Shown: positions 29,891 to 39,203, counted from the first letter of the stretch. The stretch: 64,000 bases of DNA from an uncultured virus (IMG/VR IMGVR_UViG_3300042868_013265) (IMGVR_UViG_3300042868_013265:1-64000), one strand, 5' to 3'. The notes: generated by a model from the letters alone, not told the origin. Made by a program: numbers and translations.

Positions 29891-30616
29891 ATGGAAATCA
29901 AAATACCCGCAATTCAAAAGGAGTGGAAAGTCCCATCCAATCAACCACCTTGGAAAAACCAAGCAATATCTGTAATTAAGAAAATTAAAGCAAATTACAG
30001 TGTTCAAATGGCAAAAGCATCACAATATACAGGTGTTCCTGTGAATATTTTGGTAGCGTTTGCGGCTACGGAGAGTGGAGGTGCTTTGAATCAAACTTTA
30101 AATGGACCATCAAAAGGTATTATGCAAGTCAATCCGTCATCGGCTTGGCAGGCTTTATCTGACCAAATAAAAGTCGATACAATAGGTCGTTTTTATCCTT
30201 TGTATCAATTGGCACCAAATGCATTTGTTGTAAAGAAAGCGGTTGCTGCTAATTCTGTAGGAAAGGCTACTGATTATCTCACTTTGAAGCCTGTTTCTAC
30301 GGCTGCGCCTTACCTTGGACAAAGAATGGTGGCAGATGCACAATTCGCTATTTATATGGGGTCGTTATTGTTGGCTCAGTTAATTGCAGGAACTATTGCA
30401 AAAACAGGTCAGATTCGTCTTGACCATATTATTGTAAAGTATAATGCGGGCACGGGTCGATTTAAACAGGTTGTAACAAATCGTGGTTTGGAAAGTGCGA
30501 GTGTGGATACCACCCAACTATACAGCAAATTAGGGATTCCTGTTTCTCAAGCGTACATTGTCAAGATGATGGGAATCAATGGATATTTAGATGTGCAAAA
30601 ACAGGGATTGGCGTGA
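29891..30616 (+). CDS. SLT-type lytic transglycosylase
   Basis: ATESGG (catalytic Glu), GIMQV and YNAG motifs. Confidence 0.8.
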   Translation: MEIKIPAIQKEWKVPSNQPPWKNQAISVIKKIKANYSVQMAKASQYTGVPVNILVAFAATESGGALNQTLNGPSKGIMQVNPSSAWQALSDQIKVDTIGRFYPLYQLAPNAFVVKKAVAANSVGKATDYLTLKPVSTAAPYLGQRMVADAQFAIYMGSLLLAQLIAGTIAKTGQIRLDHIIVKYNAGTGRFKQVVTNRGLESASVDTTQLYSKLGIPVSQAYIVKMMGINGYLDVQKQGLA

Positions 30617-30630
30617 TAACAATAACGGCA

Positions 30631-30660
30631 TTGAACTGTAGAAAAAAGTCACTATTTTTG
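30631..30660 (+). promoter_or_regulatory. Bacteroidota-type promoter
   Basis: TTG (30631) - 19 nt - TATTTTTG (30653..30660). Confidence 0.7.
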
Positions 30661-30685
30661 TTTTAACAATTTAATTAATAACGCT

Positions 30686-30805
30686 ATGTCAAACACTAAA
30701 TCAGGATTCGTACCAATGGCTATTGGAATTGCATTGTCTCTTGCCACAATTTATGTTATTGCATATTTTGCAGGTAAAGGATGGGAAAAGGCAACCGATA
30801 AATAA
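30686..30805 (+). CDS. Small membrane protein (39 aa, not in ORF track)
   Basis: MSNTKSGFVPMAIGIALSLATIYVIAYFAGKGWEKATDK. Confidence 0.6.
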   Translation: MSNTKSGFVPMAIGIALSLATIYVIAYFAGKGWEKATDK

Positions 30806-30807
30806 TT

Positions 30808-31302
30808 GTGCAAGGAATCTTTAAACAAATATTGGATGCGACGGAAGGTCGTCACGCAAGTGGAGTTCTCTATGCAGGGGCTGTAGGAATTTTATTGTCT
30901 AATATTATACCAACCCCCGCTGAAGCATTATTCTACCATACTGAAAAGAAACTCAGAAATAAATGGGATAATGATGAAATAACTGCTGAAAAATATTGGC
31001 AAAAAACTGCAAGCGCATATTACTTGTATAAACCCGTTTGGTGGGGACTTGTAATCAGTGCAATGTATTTTACCAAGGGCGATGTGAAAAACAAAGCAAA
31101 AATTGGTTTAATAATTGTAACTGCAGGTGCGGTTGTGGGCATAATTTACAAAAATTACACAAAAGACATTCGCGATATACGTCGAGAAGTATTGACTTCT
31201 ATGGAGCCCAAGAAAAATGTTACAGGTCCTACAAAACCTGTAAAGGTGGGTCAATATAGGTCAGTTCTCAGAAAAGGCAACGTATTGAAGTTTGTCGCTT
31301 AA
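30808..31302 (+). CDS. Membrane protein
   Basis: GTG start; 2-3 hydrophobic segments. Confidence 0.65.
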   Translation: MQGIFKQILDATEGRHASGVLYAGAVGILLSNIIPTPAEALFYHTEKKLRNKWDNDEITAEKYWQKTASAYYLYKPVWWGLVISAMYFTKGDVKNKAKIGLIIVTAGAVVGIIYKNYTKDIRDIRREVLTSMEPKKNVTGPTKPVKVGQYRSVLRKGNVLKFVA

Positions 31303-31312
31303 TAAATAAAAA

Positions 31313-31672
31313 ATGGAAAATTCAACAGCAACACCTGCAGCAGCAGCACCCGCAACACCCGCAGCACCTGCGGCACCCGCAGCACCCGCGGCACCATCAG
31401 CACCCGCTATGGCACACGGTGGTAGCGTTGCAGACGCAGCACCACAAATGATAGAGGGTGGTGATGTATCATCAATAGAAAATAATTGGGGCACTTGGAT
31501 AGCCATCGGTTTAGTCTCTCTTACGCTTGTTGCATTAATTTTACAGATTGCTGTACATCGCAAAAATTTGAAAAAAGTCGATGCAGACGATGAAGCATTG
31601 CTTAAAGATGTCAGAGAACTGAAAATGAATGTGAAGAAACAAATGGGCGAAAAGTATGAAACCTTGGCTTGA
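31313..31672 (+). CDS. Ala/Pro-rich membrane protein
   Basis: (PAA)n, MAHGG, one TM helix, coiled-coil tail. Confidence 0.7.
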   Translation: MENSTATPAAAAPATPAAPAAPAAPAAPSAPAMAHGGSVADAAPQMIEGGDVSSIENNWGTWIAIGLVSLTLVALILQIAVHRKNLKKVDADDEALLKDVRELKMNVKKQMGEKYETLA

Positions 31673-32303
31673 CGAAGTTACATATGGCAACCCAAATGAT
31701 GAACTACTTCCTTATTTAGAAAAAGGGGAATTCGATTTCGTTTACGAATCCCTAAAAAAATATCCCTTTCCCAAAAACACTTCGGAGACGACGAGGGATG
31801 AAATGAGAGAACTGATTTCAATTCAGAACGCTCCCGAACAAAAAAACGAAGAAATTATGTCGAGGTATCTAAACTACGACGAACACTTCGGAGATGTGAT
31901 AAAAACCTATTGTAAGGAAAAAATAGGTGTAGATATGGATGAGGTTATTGACTCAATAACAAAAGATGGGTACTATGTTCTTGTTAAATTAAAATTTTTC
32001 TATCAGCGACCACGCCCCTATCAGTTGGCACAATATTTAAGGGCGCGGCTTTTTCCATATAAGGCCCCTTCTGCACTGACTCCCGCATATCCTTCGGGAC
32101 ATTCATTTGAGTCATATGCGTTAGCGGAATTTATTGGAAGTAAATATCCTGAACACTATCAGTTTTTAACTGATTTAGCACACGACATATCAATTAGTCG
32201 ATTATTTCTTGGATTGCATTTTGCCTCGGATTTGGATTTTGGCAGATTTGCGGCTAAAAAATATGTCGGCTCAAAACAATTTGCAAGTAAATATGGAATA
32301 TGA
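31656..32303 (+). CDS. PAP2/haloperoxidase-superfamily phosphatase
   Basis: KxxxxRPRP, PSGH and SRxxxGLHFxSD motifs. Confidence 0.85.
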   Translation: MKPWLDEVTYGNPNDELLPYLEKGEFDFVYESLKKYPFPKNTSETTRDEMRELISIQNAPEQKNEEIMSRYLNYDEHFGDVIKTYCKEKIGVDMDEVIDSITKDGYYVLVKLKFFYQRPRPYQLAQYLRARLFPYKAPSALTPAYPSGHSFESYALAEFIGSKYPEHYQFLTDLAHDISISRLFLGLHFASDLDFGRFAAKKYVGSKQFASKYGI

Positions 32304-32706
32304 ATTTCTTGTAACTCCTATTGGAAAGCCACGAATGACGCAAAGGGATAAATGGTTGAATCCTCCGCGTAAACCTGTCTTGAATTATAGACTTGCAAAA
32401 AATGGTTTGCAATTTTATGCTTGTGAACAAAAATTTACTTTGCCCGAAATTATTAATGTTATTTTTGTTTTACCTGTTTCACTAACTTGGAGCAAAAAGA
32501 AAAAAACATCAATGATTGGGCACCCACATCGTCAAAAACCTGATTTAGACAACATCCTCAAATTTTTGATGGATGGTTTGATGCCCAACGGTGGTGATGA
32601 AGTTGTACATACCATAAACGCCCGTAAAATTTGGGGTGAAGAAGGTAAAATATTAATTGAAACAAACAATGACCCGACAACGCAAAATCGAAACGAAACC
32701 AATTGA
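32293..32706 (+). CDS. rusA: RusA-like Holliday junction resolvase
   Basis: GKPRMTQRDKW...KPDLDNILKFLMDGL; start moved to ATG 32293. Confidence 0.8.
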   Translation: MEYEFLVTPIGKPRMTQRDKWLNPPRKPVLNYRLAKNGLQFYACEQKFTLPEIINVIFVLPVSLTWSKKKKTSMIGHPHRQKPDLDNILKFLMDGLMPNGGDEVVHTINARKIWGEEGKILIETNNDPTTQNRNETN

Positions 32707-33103
32707 ACAACTATTTTCAGCATTAAGTGAAACGCTGAATGAAATTGGTTATATGAGAACAATTCACCTTCTGAGGAAGGGGCAAGAAAATGTATGGAAT
32801 TCTGATTTAAAACTTGCAACGGATGCTGTTTGCAAGGTGTTTAATATATCTCCCGACGTAGTATTTGGCAAATCAAGAAAATATCCCCGAAAATATGCTT
32901 TTGCAATTTGGGTTTATTTATCATACACTAAATTAAATTATACTTTGCCTGACTTAGTGAATTATACACACAAGTCGTTATCCACTATTAGCAAGGCGAA
33001 AGGCACAATCGACAATCGAAGAAACACAACGGCATTTGAAAAAAAGATTAATGACAAACTTGATGAATGCATCACAATCATAAATGAAATTAAACCCGAA
33101 TAA
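32657..33103 (+). CDS. DnaA C-terminal-like HTH protein
   Basis: VCKVFNISPDVVFGKSRK...YL...YTLPDL...STI pattern. Confidence 0.55.
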   Translation: MKQTMTRQRKIETKPIEQLFSALSETLNEIGYMRTIHLLRKGQENVWNSDLKLATDAVCKVFNISPDVVFGKSRKYPRKYAFAIWVYLSYTKLNYTLPDLVNYTHKSLSTISKAKGTIDNRRNTTAFEKKINDKLDECITIINEIKPE

Positions 33104-34080
33104 TGATGGAAAATACAGAAAATGTGAATTCAGAAATCTTTGAAGATTTCTCCCCGCTTACGCAAGACAATGTAATTCAACGTGATTACACAAAACCAAA
33201 CGTAGACTATTCCCAAGTCAATGCAAGCCCTATTGAAGAGCCCATATTTACCGCACCTTCTTTTGAGGATATGGATAAACATTGGAACTCAAAAGGAGTT
33301 GAAGAGGCGCAAATCATAGATGAAAAGGCAAGTGCAAATCCATATACTGAAAACCTTGATAAAAAAGACCAACGGAAAGCGTCAGCGGCTTTAGTCGAGG
33401 CTTTATTGGATGGGTATTCTCAGTTAAATAAATTTGGTAACAAACTTGTTCAATTCAATCCCGAAAAAATTCAAGCGATGATGCGCTCAGGGGAAATAGA
33501 CCCTGATTTGACCATCCCTATTAATGGTAGGAATATTGGAGTGCTCGACTATGTAAACGCATACAATGAGGAAACGTCAACGGTTATTTCTGTGGATGAT
33601 GACTTCAAAGACAAGGTTCGTCCTTTGTTAATTGAAGAATTTATGGAGCGGAATATCGGTATGACCCGCCTACAACTTATTGGATATTATTTTGGTACAG
33701 ATTTGTTGACTAAGGGAACATTAATTTATTCATTAAGAAAGCAAAATCAAGCAGTATTGGATTCATTGGTGGAAATAAGTAATAATTCACGTCCTGCGCC
33801 AACACCACAAGCAAGTCGTGTAGAGAAGACTGAACCTAATACTGAAGAGAAGCCTGTTAGGGAGCCACAACGCGAATTTGTAGAACCCGAGGAAGAATAC
33901 GCTGTGATTGAGGATTTCGAACCAATCATTGAAGTGAAAAATGCAAATGACGACGTGAAGCGTTCAAGAAAACCAACAGCAGGACCAAGGTTCGGTGACA
34001 GTGCGATTTTAGAACAAATGGAACAAATTGCCAATGGTGAAACCTCGTCCAAGCGTAGAGGAAGACCAAGGAAAAAATAA
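33103..34080 (+). CDS. Hypothetical protein upstream of the packaging ATPase
   Basis: 325 aa, acidic, with a basic RRGRPRKK tail. Confidence 0.7.
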   Translation: MMENTENVNSEIFEDFSPLTQDNVIQRDYTKPNVDYSQVNASPIEEPIFTAPSFEDMDKHWNSKGVEEAQIIDEKASANPYTENLDKKDQRKASAALVEALLDGYSQLNKFGNKLVQFNPEKIQAMMRSGEIDPDLTIPINGRNIGVLDYVNAYNEETSTVISVDDDFKDKVRPLLIEEFMERNIGMTRLQLIGYYFGTDLLTKGTLIYSLRKQNQAVLDSLVEISNNSRPAPTPQASRVEKTEPNTEEKPVREPQREFVEPEEEYAVIEDFEPIIEVKNANDDVKRSRKPTAGPRFGDSAILEQMEQIANGETSSKRRGRPRKK

Positions 34081-34089
34081 TTTAAAAAT

Positions 34090-34911
34090 ATGAGAGAACC
34101 ATTATTGGGCGTAGCCGTCGGAAAGAAAGGGGTAGGGAAAACCTTTACAACCAATAGGGTGATTAAACAATATGTGATGGGTAATCCCGCTTCGGGAATT
34201 ATGCCAAGAAAAGTTTTGATTTTAGATGCAAACGATGAATATACTGAGTATAAGGCAATTGCATTAAAGGATTTGATGTTGTTTAGTGTACACCCTTTGG
34301 TTGAAGCAAGAAGAATTAGACCGATTCACCCCGACGGTAAAAAAATGACCTTGGATGATTTGGCTGCTACGTTGAATTATATTTTGGAGGTATTTTCAGG
34401 GGGCCTATTATTGATTGAAGACATTAATCGATTTACTTCTGATTTTATGCCACAAGATTTAATGGGAGCGATTGCGACGAATCGACATCGTGACTTGGAC
34501 ATCATTTTACACTATCAAGGTATAGGTCGTATTGGAACGAAGGTATGGCAAAATATCAATTGGCTAAGGATGCATAAAATTACGGAGTCCGCAATCAGGC
34601 ACGCCAAAAAGTTTGAAGATAAATATGAGATAATCCGTATATGCGAATTGATGGTAAACATTCAGTATTTTTTGGGTAACGAAAGGACTTTTCAGTACAT
34701 CGATTGTGAGAATATGTGTTTTCAAGGTAAGGTGGATGAAAAACTATTTGCAGATGCTTGTAAGCAATATTTGGAGGAAAATTATCGTAGAATTATTTCA
34801 CCACTTTTACAGATTCGTGGTGTGGGTGATAAAAAGAAATTTACTGCAGATACCGCAATGAAGTCTGAGATGGAAAGATTGCGTAAAATGTATTTAAAAA
34901 GGCAAGTGTAA
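34090..34911 (+). CDS. A32/P9-like FtsK-HerA-superfamily genome-packaging ATPase
   Basis: Walker A GKKGVGKT near the N-terminus, Walker B LLLIED, then RH (arginine finger) and IILHYQ (sensor Gln); 273 aa with no nuclease domain. Confidence 0.75.
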   Translation: MREPLLGVAVGKKGVGKTFTTNRVIKQYVMGNPASGIMPRKVLILDANDEYTEYKAIALKDLMLFSVHPLVEARRIRPIHPDGKKMTLDDLAATLNYILEVFSGGLLLIEDINRFTSDFMPQDLMGAIATNRHRDLDIILHYQGIGRIGTKVWQNINWLRMHKITESAIRHAKKFEDKYEIIRICELMVNIQYFLGNERTFQYIDCENMCFQGKVDEKLFADACKQYLEENYRRIISPLLQIRGVGDKKKFTADTAMKSEMERLRKMYLKRQV

Positions 34912-34943
34912 GTTACATTAAGTGTACTATACAAATAATCGAT

Positions 34944-34970
34944 AAGCCCCCTTGTAAACAGGGGGTTTTT
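34944..34970 (+). terminator. Rho-independent terminator
   Basis: AAGCCCCC...GGGGGTTTTT. Confidence 0.75.
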
Positions 34971-35049
34971 CATTTTATATACTTGTATTTTACCATACAA
35001 ATATTATTTGCTAAAATAATCAATCGATAATAGTACATTTTATCAAAGG

Positions 35050-35057
35050 TATTTTTG
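35050..35057 (+). promoter_or_regulatory. Bacteroidota -7 element (TATTTTTG) upstream of the capsid-candidate unit
   Basis: Matches TAnnTTTG; no -33 TTG at canonical spacing. Confidence 0.4.
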
Positions 35058-35097
35058 AAACAATAAGCAGTCTGAACGGCTTATAAAACAAAAACTT

Positions 35098-35211
35098 ATG
35101 AACGTAGAATCTTTAAAAAAAATCGGAGGACAAGTCCTTTTAATTGTAGTCGGTGTTATTGTTGCTAATGAAATTCAAAAGCAAATTGACAAACGTCGCG
35201 CAGCAATGTAA
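35098..35211 (+). CDS. Small membrane protein (37 aa, not in ORF track)
   Basis: MNVESLKKIGGQVLLIVVGVIVANEIQKQIDKRRAAM; A-rich leader. Confidence 0.65.
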   Translation: MNVESLKKIGGQVLLIVVGVIVANEIQKQIDKRRAAM

Positions 35212-35249
35212 ACTCACAAAAAAACAAAAACCTTAAAAAAACAAAAACT

Positions 35250-35951
35250 ATGAATAATGTCCGTAAATACCTTGCTGACGCACAAAATCGTGCTCACGAG
35301 GGCTTCTTGAATGCCGATGGCTTCTTTGATGACGATTTGAACTTCACCGCAGGTGATGATTTTATGAATGCAAATGGCAACGACGCTATGCCTGCTGCCG
35401 CTCCAACCTCACAACCTTACATCATTCAAATTTCTAACACAGGTTCTGCTGTTGCGAATTTCAGTGTATTGGGTTCTTACGAGCAGTTGGGTGATACTGC
35501 AGCATTTACTTCGGGTAACTTTATATCAGGAGACGTGACTATTTCGTCTGCTATTCCAAACGTAACCTATCAGCAAATGTTGTATCAGTTTATGAACAAC
35601 CCTTTCAGCACAGGTTTGACTTACATTCAGTCTTCTTCAAACACACAGTTGTTGGAAACAATCAGTGTGCAAACTAAAGACGCGAATGGTAACGTGGCCC
35701 AAAAGCCTTTGGTGCCTACTATTGACCCATATCAGTTTCAGACTACCGTCCTTGCTCTCCGTTTCGGATACAGAATTGACGGTTACACTAAATTGATTTT
35801 GAATTCAATTTTGGCTTCAACCACCGTGAAGTTGTATCTGTACCCTGCAGACAACATCAACTTGGCTCGTGGATTGTCAGGACGCGCTGTATCAAAAGAT
35901 TTCAGCAGCCCAGGCATTGTACGTGCTCAAACCGTGAAAATCCAAGGTTAA
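35250..35951 (+). CDS. Putative major capsid protein (jelly-roll candidate)
   Basis: Beta-rich soluble protein near the packaging ATPase, long A-rich leader, many C-ending codons (ttc, aac, tac, atc), own terminator; fold not verified. Confidence 0.55.
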   Translation: MNNVRKYLADAQNRAHEGFLNADGFFDDDLNFTAGDDFMNANGNDAMPAAAPTSQPYIIQISNTGSAVANFSVLGSYEQLGDTAAFTSGNFISGDVTISSAIPNVTYQQMLYQFMNNPFSTGLTYIQSSSNTQLLETISVQTKDANGNVAQKPLVPTIDPYQFQTTVLALRFGYRIDGYTKLILNSILASTTVKLYLYPADNINLARGLSGRAVSKDFSSPGIVRAQTVKIQG

Positions 35952-35972
35952 TCCCTTTTTTACGATTTATAG

Positions 35973-36010
35973 AAAAGGGGCGATGGCACACAGCCTCGCC
36001 CCTTTTTTTT
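35973..36010 (+). terminator. Rho-independent terminator
   Basis: AAAAGGGGCGA...TCGCCCCTTTTTTTT. Confidence 0.85.
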
Positions 36011-36033
36011 TAATAGGCTAAAATCAAATAATT

Positions 36034-36204
36034 ATGGCATATAAAGTCAAATTGGGTAACAAGGATTACTTCTCAGAAGAATTTTCTTCAGAGACGGAAG
36101 CAAAAAAAGCAAAGTATTTCGCCATTGTAGGTGCAAAAACTTTTCGCAGTGCATCGAAATCGATGGACACAAAAATTGTAAAAGTTGTAAAAAAGAAAAA
36201 ATAA
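36034..36204 (+). CDS. Small basic protein (56 aa, not in ORF track)
   Basis: MAYKVKLGNKDYFSEEF...KVVKKKK; TAATG coupling. Confidence 0.55.
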   Translation: MAYKVKLGNKDYFSEEFSSETEAKKAKYFAIVGAKTFRSASKSMDTKIVKVVKKKK

Positions 36205-36587
36205 TGACAATCTACGAGTATATCGCAAGAAACAATCCGATGGGTGCTAAAAGAGTAATTGAATCTTTTGGCTATGTGGTAACACAACCTAAAAAAATGG
36301 GCGATAACCTTCGTATGTTGGTTGCGCAAGAAGGAGAGCCCGCTTTAAAAGCAGTCGTTGATTTACATCCTGATAAAGACTTAATTTTAGAAGTTTTCGG
36401 GAATAGTCAAAGTGTTAAAGCAACGGGTGAAAATTTCTTTGGAGCCGATGGTCTACTTCAAAGCGCAGTTTTAAATAACAACCAACAGCAAAATGACAGC
36501 AACAATAAAATGGTGCTTCAAACAAACACATTAATTGTGGCCTTATCACTCCTTGTAGTTGCAGGGTTAATATTAAAGAATCGATGA
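36204..36587 (+). CDS. Putative virion membrane protein
   Basis: LHPDKD and FFGADG motifs; C-terminal TM helix. Confidence 0.7.
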   Translation: MTIYEYIARNNPMGAKRVIESFGYVVTQPKKMGDNLRMLVAQEGEPALKAVVDLHPDKDLILEVFGNSQSVKATGENFFGADGLLQSAVLNNNQQQNDSNNKMVLQTNTLIVALSLLVVAGLILKNR

Positions 36588-37186
36588 AAAATTTGAAACC
36601 TAACGAAATTTACGCTGTATCAGCGATGACAATTGACAACAATACTGAAGGGGTAAAAACCCTGATTACAAAGTATGGTGTCATTTTGCCAAACAATGCA
36701 AGTCGAAGTGATATTGACAAAGCATTTGCAGCCCTTTTAAGAAAGAGTAAATCTTTCCGCAACGATTTTGCTGTATTGGCGGCAAATGAAAGTCAGAAGA
36801 GCGAAAACTTCTCAAATTTTATGGAATTTTTAGGTATGTCAGGAAGAGGTATTGGAACAGCAAGTGCTCCTTTAAAAACTCCCGACCCAATTCCTGTAAA
36901 AACAAGTTTACCGAACACAACTGCAAAAAAACCAAGTGCATTTGCGGAAGCATTTGATGCTGACACAATTAGAAACGTCATCAATACGGGATTAAATATT
37001 TGGGCTACCCGCTCAGGTACTACAGCCTCAACTACAAATGATTTACAATCAGGTAGGGAATCTTTGAATTTACAACCCCAAAGTCAACAAACACGTGGTA
37101 TTGGAACGACGGGAATCGTTTTGATTTCAATTGGTGCACTTGCAGCGGTAGGTGTTTTGATTTATTACCTATCTAAAAACAAATGA
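36584..37186 (+). CDS. Putative virion membrane protein
   Basis: C-terminal TM helix plus Lys tail. Confidence 0.7.
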   Translation: MKNLKPNEIYAVSAMTIDNNTEGVKTLITKYGVILPNNASRSDIDKAFAALLRKSKSFRNDFAVLAANESQKSENFSNFMEFLGMSGRGIGTASAPLKTPDPIPVKTSLPNTTAKKPSAFAEAFDADTIRNVINTGLNIWATRSGTTASTTNDLQSGRESLNLQPQSQQTRGIGTTGIVLISIGALAAVGVLIYYLSKNK

Positions 37187-37187
37187 T

Positions 37188-37361
37188 ATGGAAAATAAAG
37201 ATTATACCAAAGTCGTTGGATACTCTCAAATAGGTGGTGCCATAGGTATCATTTATGCATTTTCAACAAAATCAGGATTCTTCAAAGGGGTCGGCTATTA
37301 TTTAGTTGGGTCTTTTGTTGCAGGACTGATTGCATCAGGTGTGACCGCAGTAAAGAAATAA
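37188..37361 (+). CDS. Small two-TM protein (57 aa, not in ORF track)
   Basis: MENKDYTKVVGYSQIGGAIGIIYAF... Confidence 0.6.
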   Translation: MENKDYTKVVGYSQIGGAIGIIYAFSTKSGFFKGVGYYLVGSFVAGLIASGVTAVKK

Positions 37362-37585
37362 TGGCAAACGAATTTCAAGACGCTTTAGACAATGTTAAAG
37401 AACTGAGTGGACAATCTACTCACGATACCTTTTTGAAGCAAAGCAAGCGCATTATGAAGGGCAGTGCTACAGGTCTTGTTGTTGGTTTGATGTATGGATG
37501 GTACACGAAAAAAAATATTTATGTAACTGCAATACTTGGAGTAATTGCAGGAGGCGCGGTTAATTACTTTATTTTCTCAGAATAA
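37361..37585 (+). CDS. Small two-TM protein
   Basis: Gly-rich helical hairpin, similar in layout to the preceding ORF. Confidence 0.65.
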   Translation: MANEFQDALDNVKELSGQSTHDTFLKQSKRIMKGSATGLVVGLMYGWYTKKNIYVTAILGVIAGGAVNYFIFSE

Positions 37586-37589
37586 AATT

Positions 37590-37997
37590 ATGACTTTAGA
37601 TTCAGCGATAAAATATAAAGATTTTTCGAACCCAAATATAGTTCGTGCAAGGCCAATTAATATACAAATGGCCAATGATGACTATTTTTCTGTAGCGGGT
37701 CCTGCGGGCGCAACACAATTAAAACTCACCAAGGTTTTGACTGTAAAAAATGCTCAGGGTAAAAATACGAATTATGAGGTGGGTTCAGTTGTTTGGGCGT
37801 TCCCTATTCAAACCATCGCCAAATCAAATAGTTATGTTTTTACAACGGAAGGTCAAGGGTATATTTTGACTGTAGGTGTTAACGCTGAAATTTATAATCA
37901 AAAAGAGTCTAAAGAGACAAAAAAAGGTTTTCCTTTTTCTTTAGTCGGATTAGCCTTAATCGGAATAGTAATAATTTATACAATGAAAAAATTATGA
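37590..37997 (+). CDS. Putative virion membrane protein
   Basis: ATG 37590 preferred over the TTG start; C-terminal TM helix. Confidence 0.65.
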   Translation: MTLDSAIKYKDFSNPNIVRARPINIQMANDDYFSVAGPAGATQLKLTKVLTVKNAQGKNTNYEVGSVVWAFPIQTIAKSNSYVFTTEGQGYILTVGVNAEIYNQKESKETKKGFPFSLVGLALIGIVIIYTMKKL

Positions 37998-38095
37998 AAA
38001 CAGCGAATGATGAAAAGAAAAAAGGTGGTGCGTTGATGCTTGTAGGTTTTGCGATGCTCGCCTATGTTGTTTATAAAATAATCGAAAGTAAATGA
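37994..38095 (+). CDS. Membrane microprotein (33 aa, not in ORF track)
   Basis: MKTANDEKKKGGALMLVGFAMLAYVVYKIIESK; ATGA overlaps at both ends. Confidence 0.6.
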   Translation: MKTANDEKKKGGALMLVGFAMLAYVVYKIIESK

Positions 38096-38316
38096 AAAAA
38101 GAATATATTGAAGCCCTCGTTTTAATTGGAGCCATTGGATTGGCTATTTACTTAGCAAGTTCTAAGGACTCCGTATTGAAAAGTGCAAAATCAAATTCTC
38201 CAACACCGACAGGACCAAAAGGCGGTTTTGAGAATTTCACTGCAGACGAATTAACTTATGACGACCATTTGTATGGAAATGCAGATGGAGGATTAAAAGG
38301 TTTAACATTTAAATAA
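38092..38316 (+). CDS. Small membrane protein
   Basis: N-terminal TM helix; YGNADGG. Confidence 0.65.
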   Translation: MKKEYIEALVLIGAIGLAIYLASSKDSVLKSAKSNSPTPTGPKGGFENFTADELTYDDHLYGNADGGLKGLTFK

Positions 38317-38324
38317 ATAAAACT

Positions 38325-38414
38325 ATGACAAAAAACACAAAAACAATCTTGACTTTAGCCGCTGTTGCTGCGGTATTGTTCTTCGTTTTCAAGAAGCCAA
38401 AAACAGACGCTTAA
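38325..38414 (+). CDS. Membrane microprotein (29 aa, not in ORF track)
   Basis: MTKNTKTILTLAAVAAVLFFVFKKPKTDA. Confidence 0.55.
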   Translation: MTKNTKTILTLAAVAAVLFFVFKKPKTDA

Positions 38415-38425
38415 TTGTAATTGAA

Positions 38426-38920
38426 ATGAATCGTGACGTATTATTAGGCGCGGGGGTCGTTTTGGCCTTCATCGTCCTTGTTAATCGAGCCAAAAAAAAC
38501 CAAGTAACTGACACCCAAGGTGGCGGTGGTGGTGGTGGCGGTGGTTTTGGTGGTGGTCCCTTTGTAGGGGGCGTACCCGCAGGACCAATGACTGTCAATA
38601 CTATTGTTCAACCCGCAGCGCGTCCTGCAAATCAAGGACGCTCTTACAACGCTGCTGATGTGACTAAAAGTAAAGACACCACTCCAACTGCAGCAGTTAC
38701 AAGTTCCGCTCAAGCAAAAGCGATAGAAACAGCCACCAACACGGGTGGAATCGTTCCTATCGGTCAAGGGGGAAGCAGTACACCTACCTACAGCACAGGG
38801 ACAGTGACTCAAGCAGATTTAGCGAAAGGTGTTGCAGGTAACACTGTATTCAAACCTTTCAGCGGAGATGCTAAATTCTTGGGATTTGTAGGTTCAAGAC
38901 CTAAATTTGAATTTAATTAA
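38426..38920 (+). CDS. Gly-rich membrane-anchored protein
   Basis: N-terminal TM helix and poly-Gly tract. Confidence 0.65.
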   Translation: MNRDVLLGAGVVLAFIVLVNRAKKNQVTDTQGGGGGGGGGFGGGPFVGGVPAGPMTVNTIVQPAARPANQGRSYNAADVTKSKDTTPTAAVTSSAQAKAIETATNTGGIVPIGQGGSSTPTYSTGTVTQADLAKGVAGNTVFKPFSGDAKFLGFVGSRPKFEFN

Positions 38921-38921
38921 T

Positions 38922-39203
38922 ATGTTGTCAGCAAATAAACTATACAAGGAATCAGGTACCACTTTGTCTTTCAAAGAATGGTTGGAGCGTGAAAAGGCAA
39001 AAGGCAAATTCATTCCCAACGTGGAAGCGATGGAAGAGTTTGTGAATGCCGATGGTGGAACTTCAGAGCAAGCCTCTGAGCAACCCGAAATCACAGCGAA
39101 ATCAGTTGAGAATAAACAGATGTTTACCTCGATTGCTCGAGTAGGTTTAATTGTTGTATTGACATACTTCGTTTATCGAACTATCAAAAATGAAATTAAG
39201 TAA
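38922..39203 (+). CDS. Putative virion membrane protein
   Basis: ATG 38922; FKEWLEREK and FVNADGG; C-terminal TM helix. Confidence 0.65.
   Translation: MLSANKLYKESGTTLSFKEWLEREKAKGKFIPNVEAMEEFVNADGGTSEQASEQPEITAKSVENKQMFTSIARVGLIVVLTYFVYRTIKNEIK

Noticed and set aside
34090..34911. Terminase large subunit or conjugative VirB4
   Set aside because: Too short, no nuclease domain, and no T4SS or relaxase genes recognised; motif order fits A32-like ATPases
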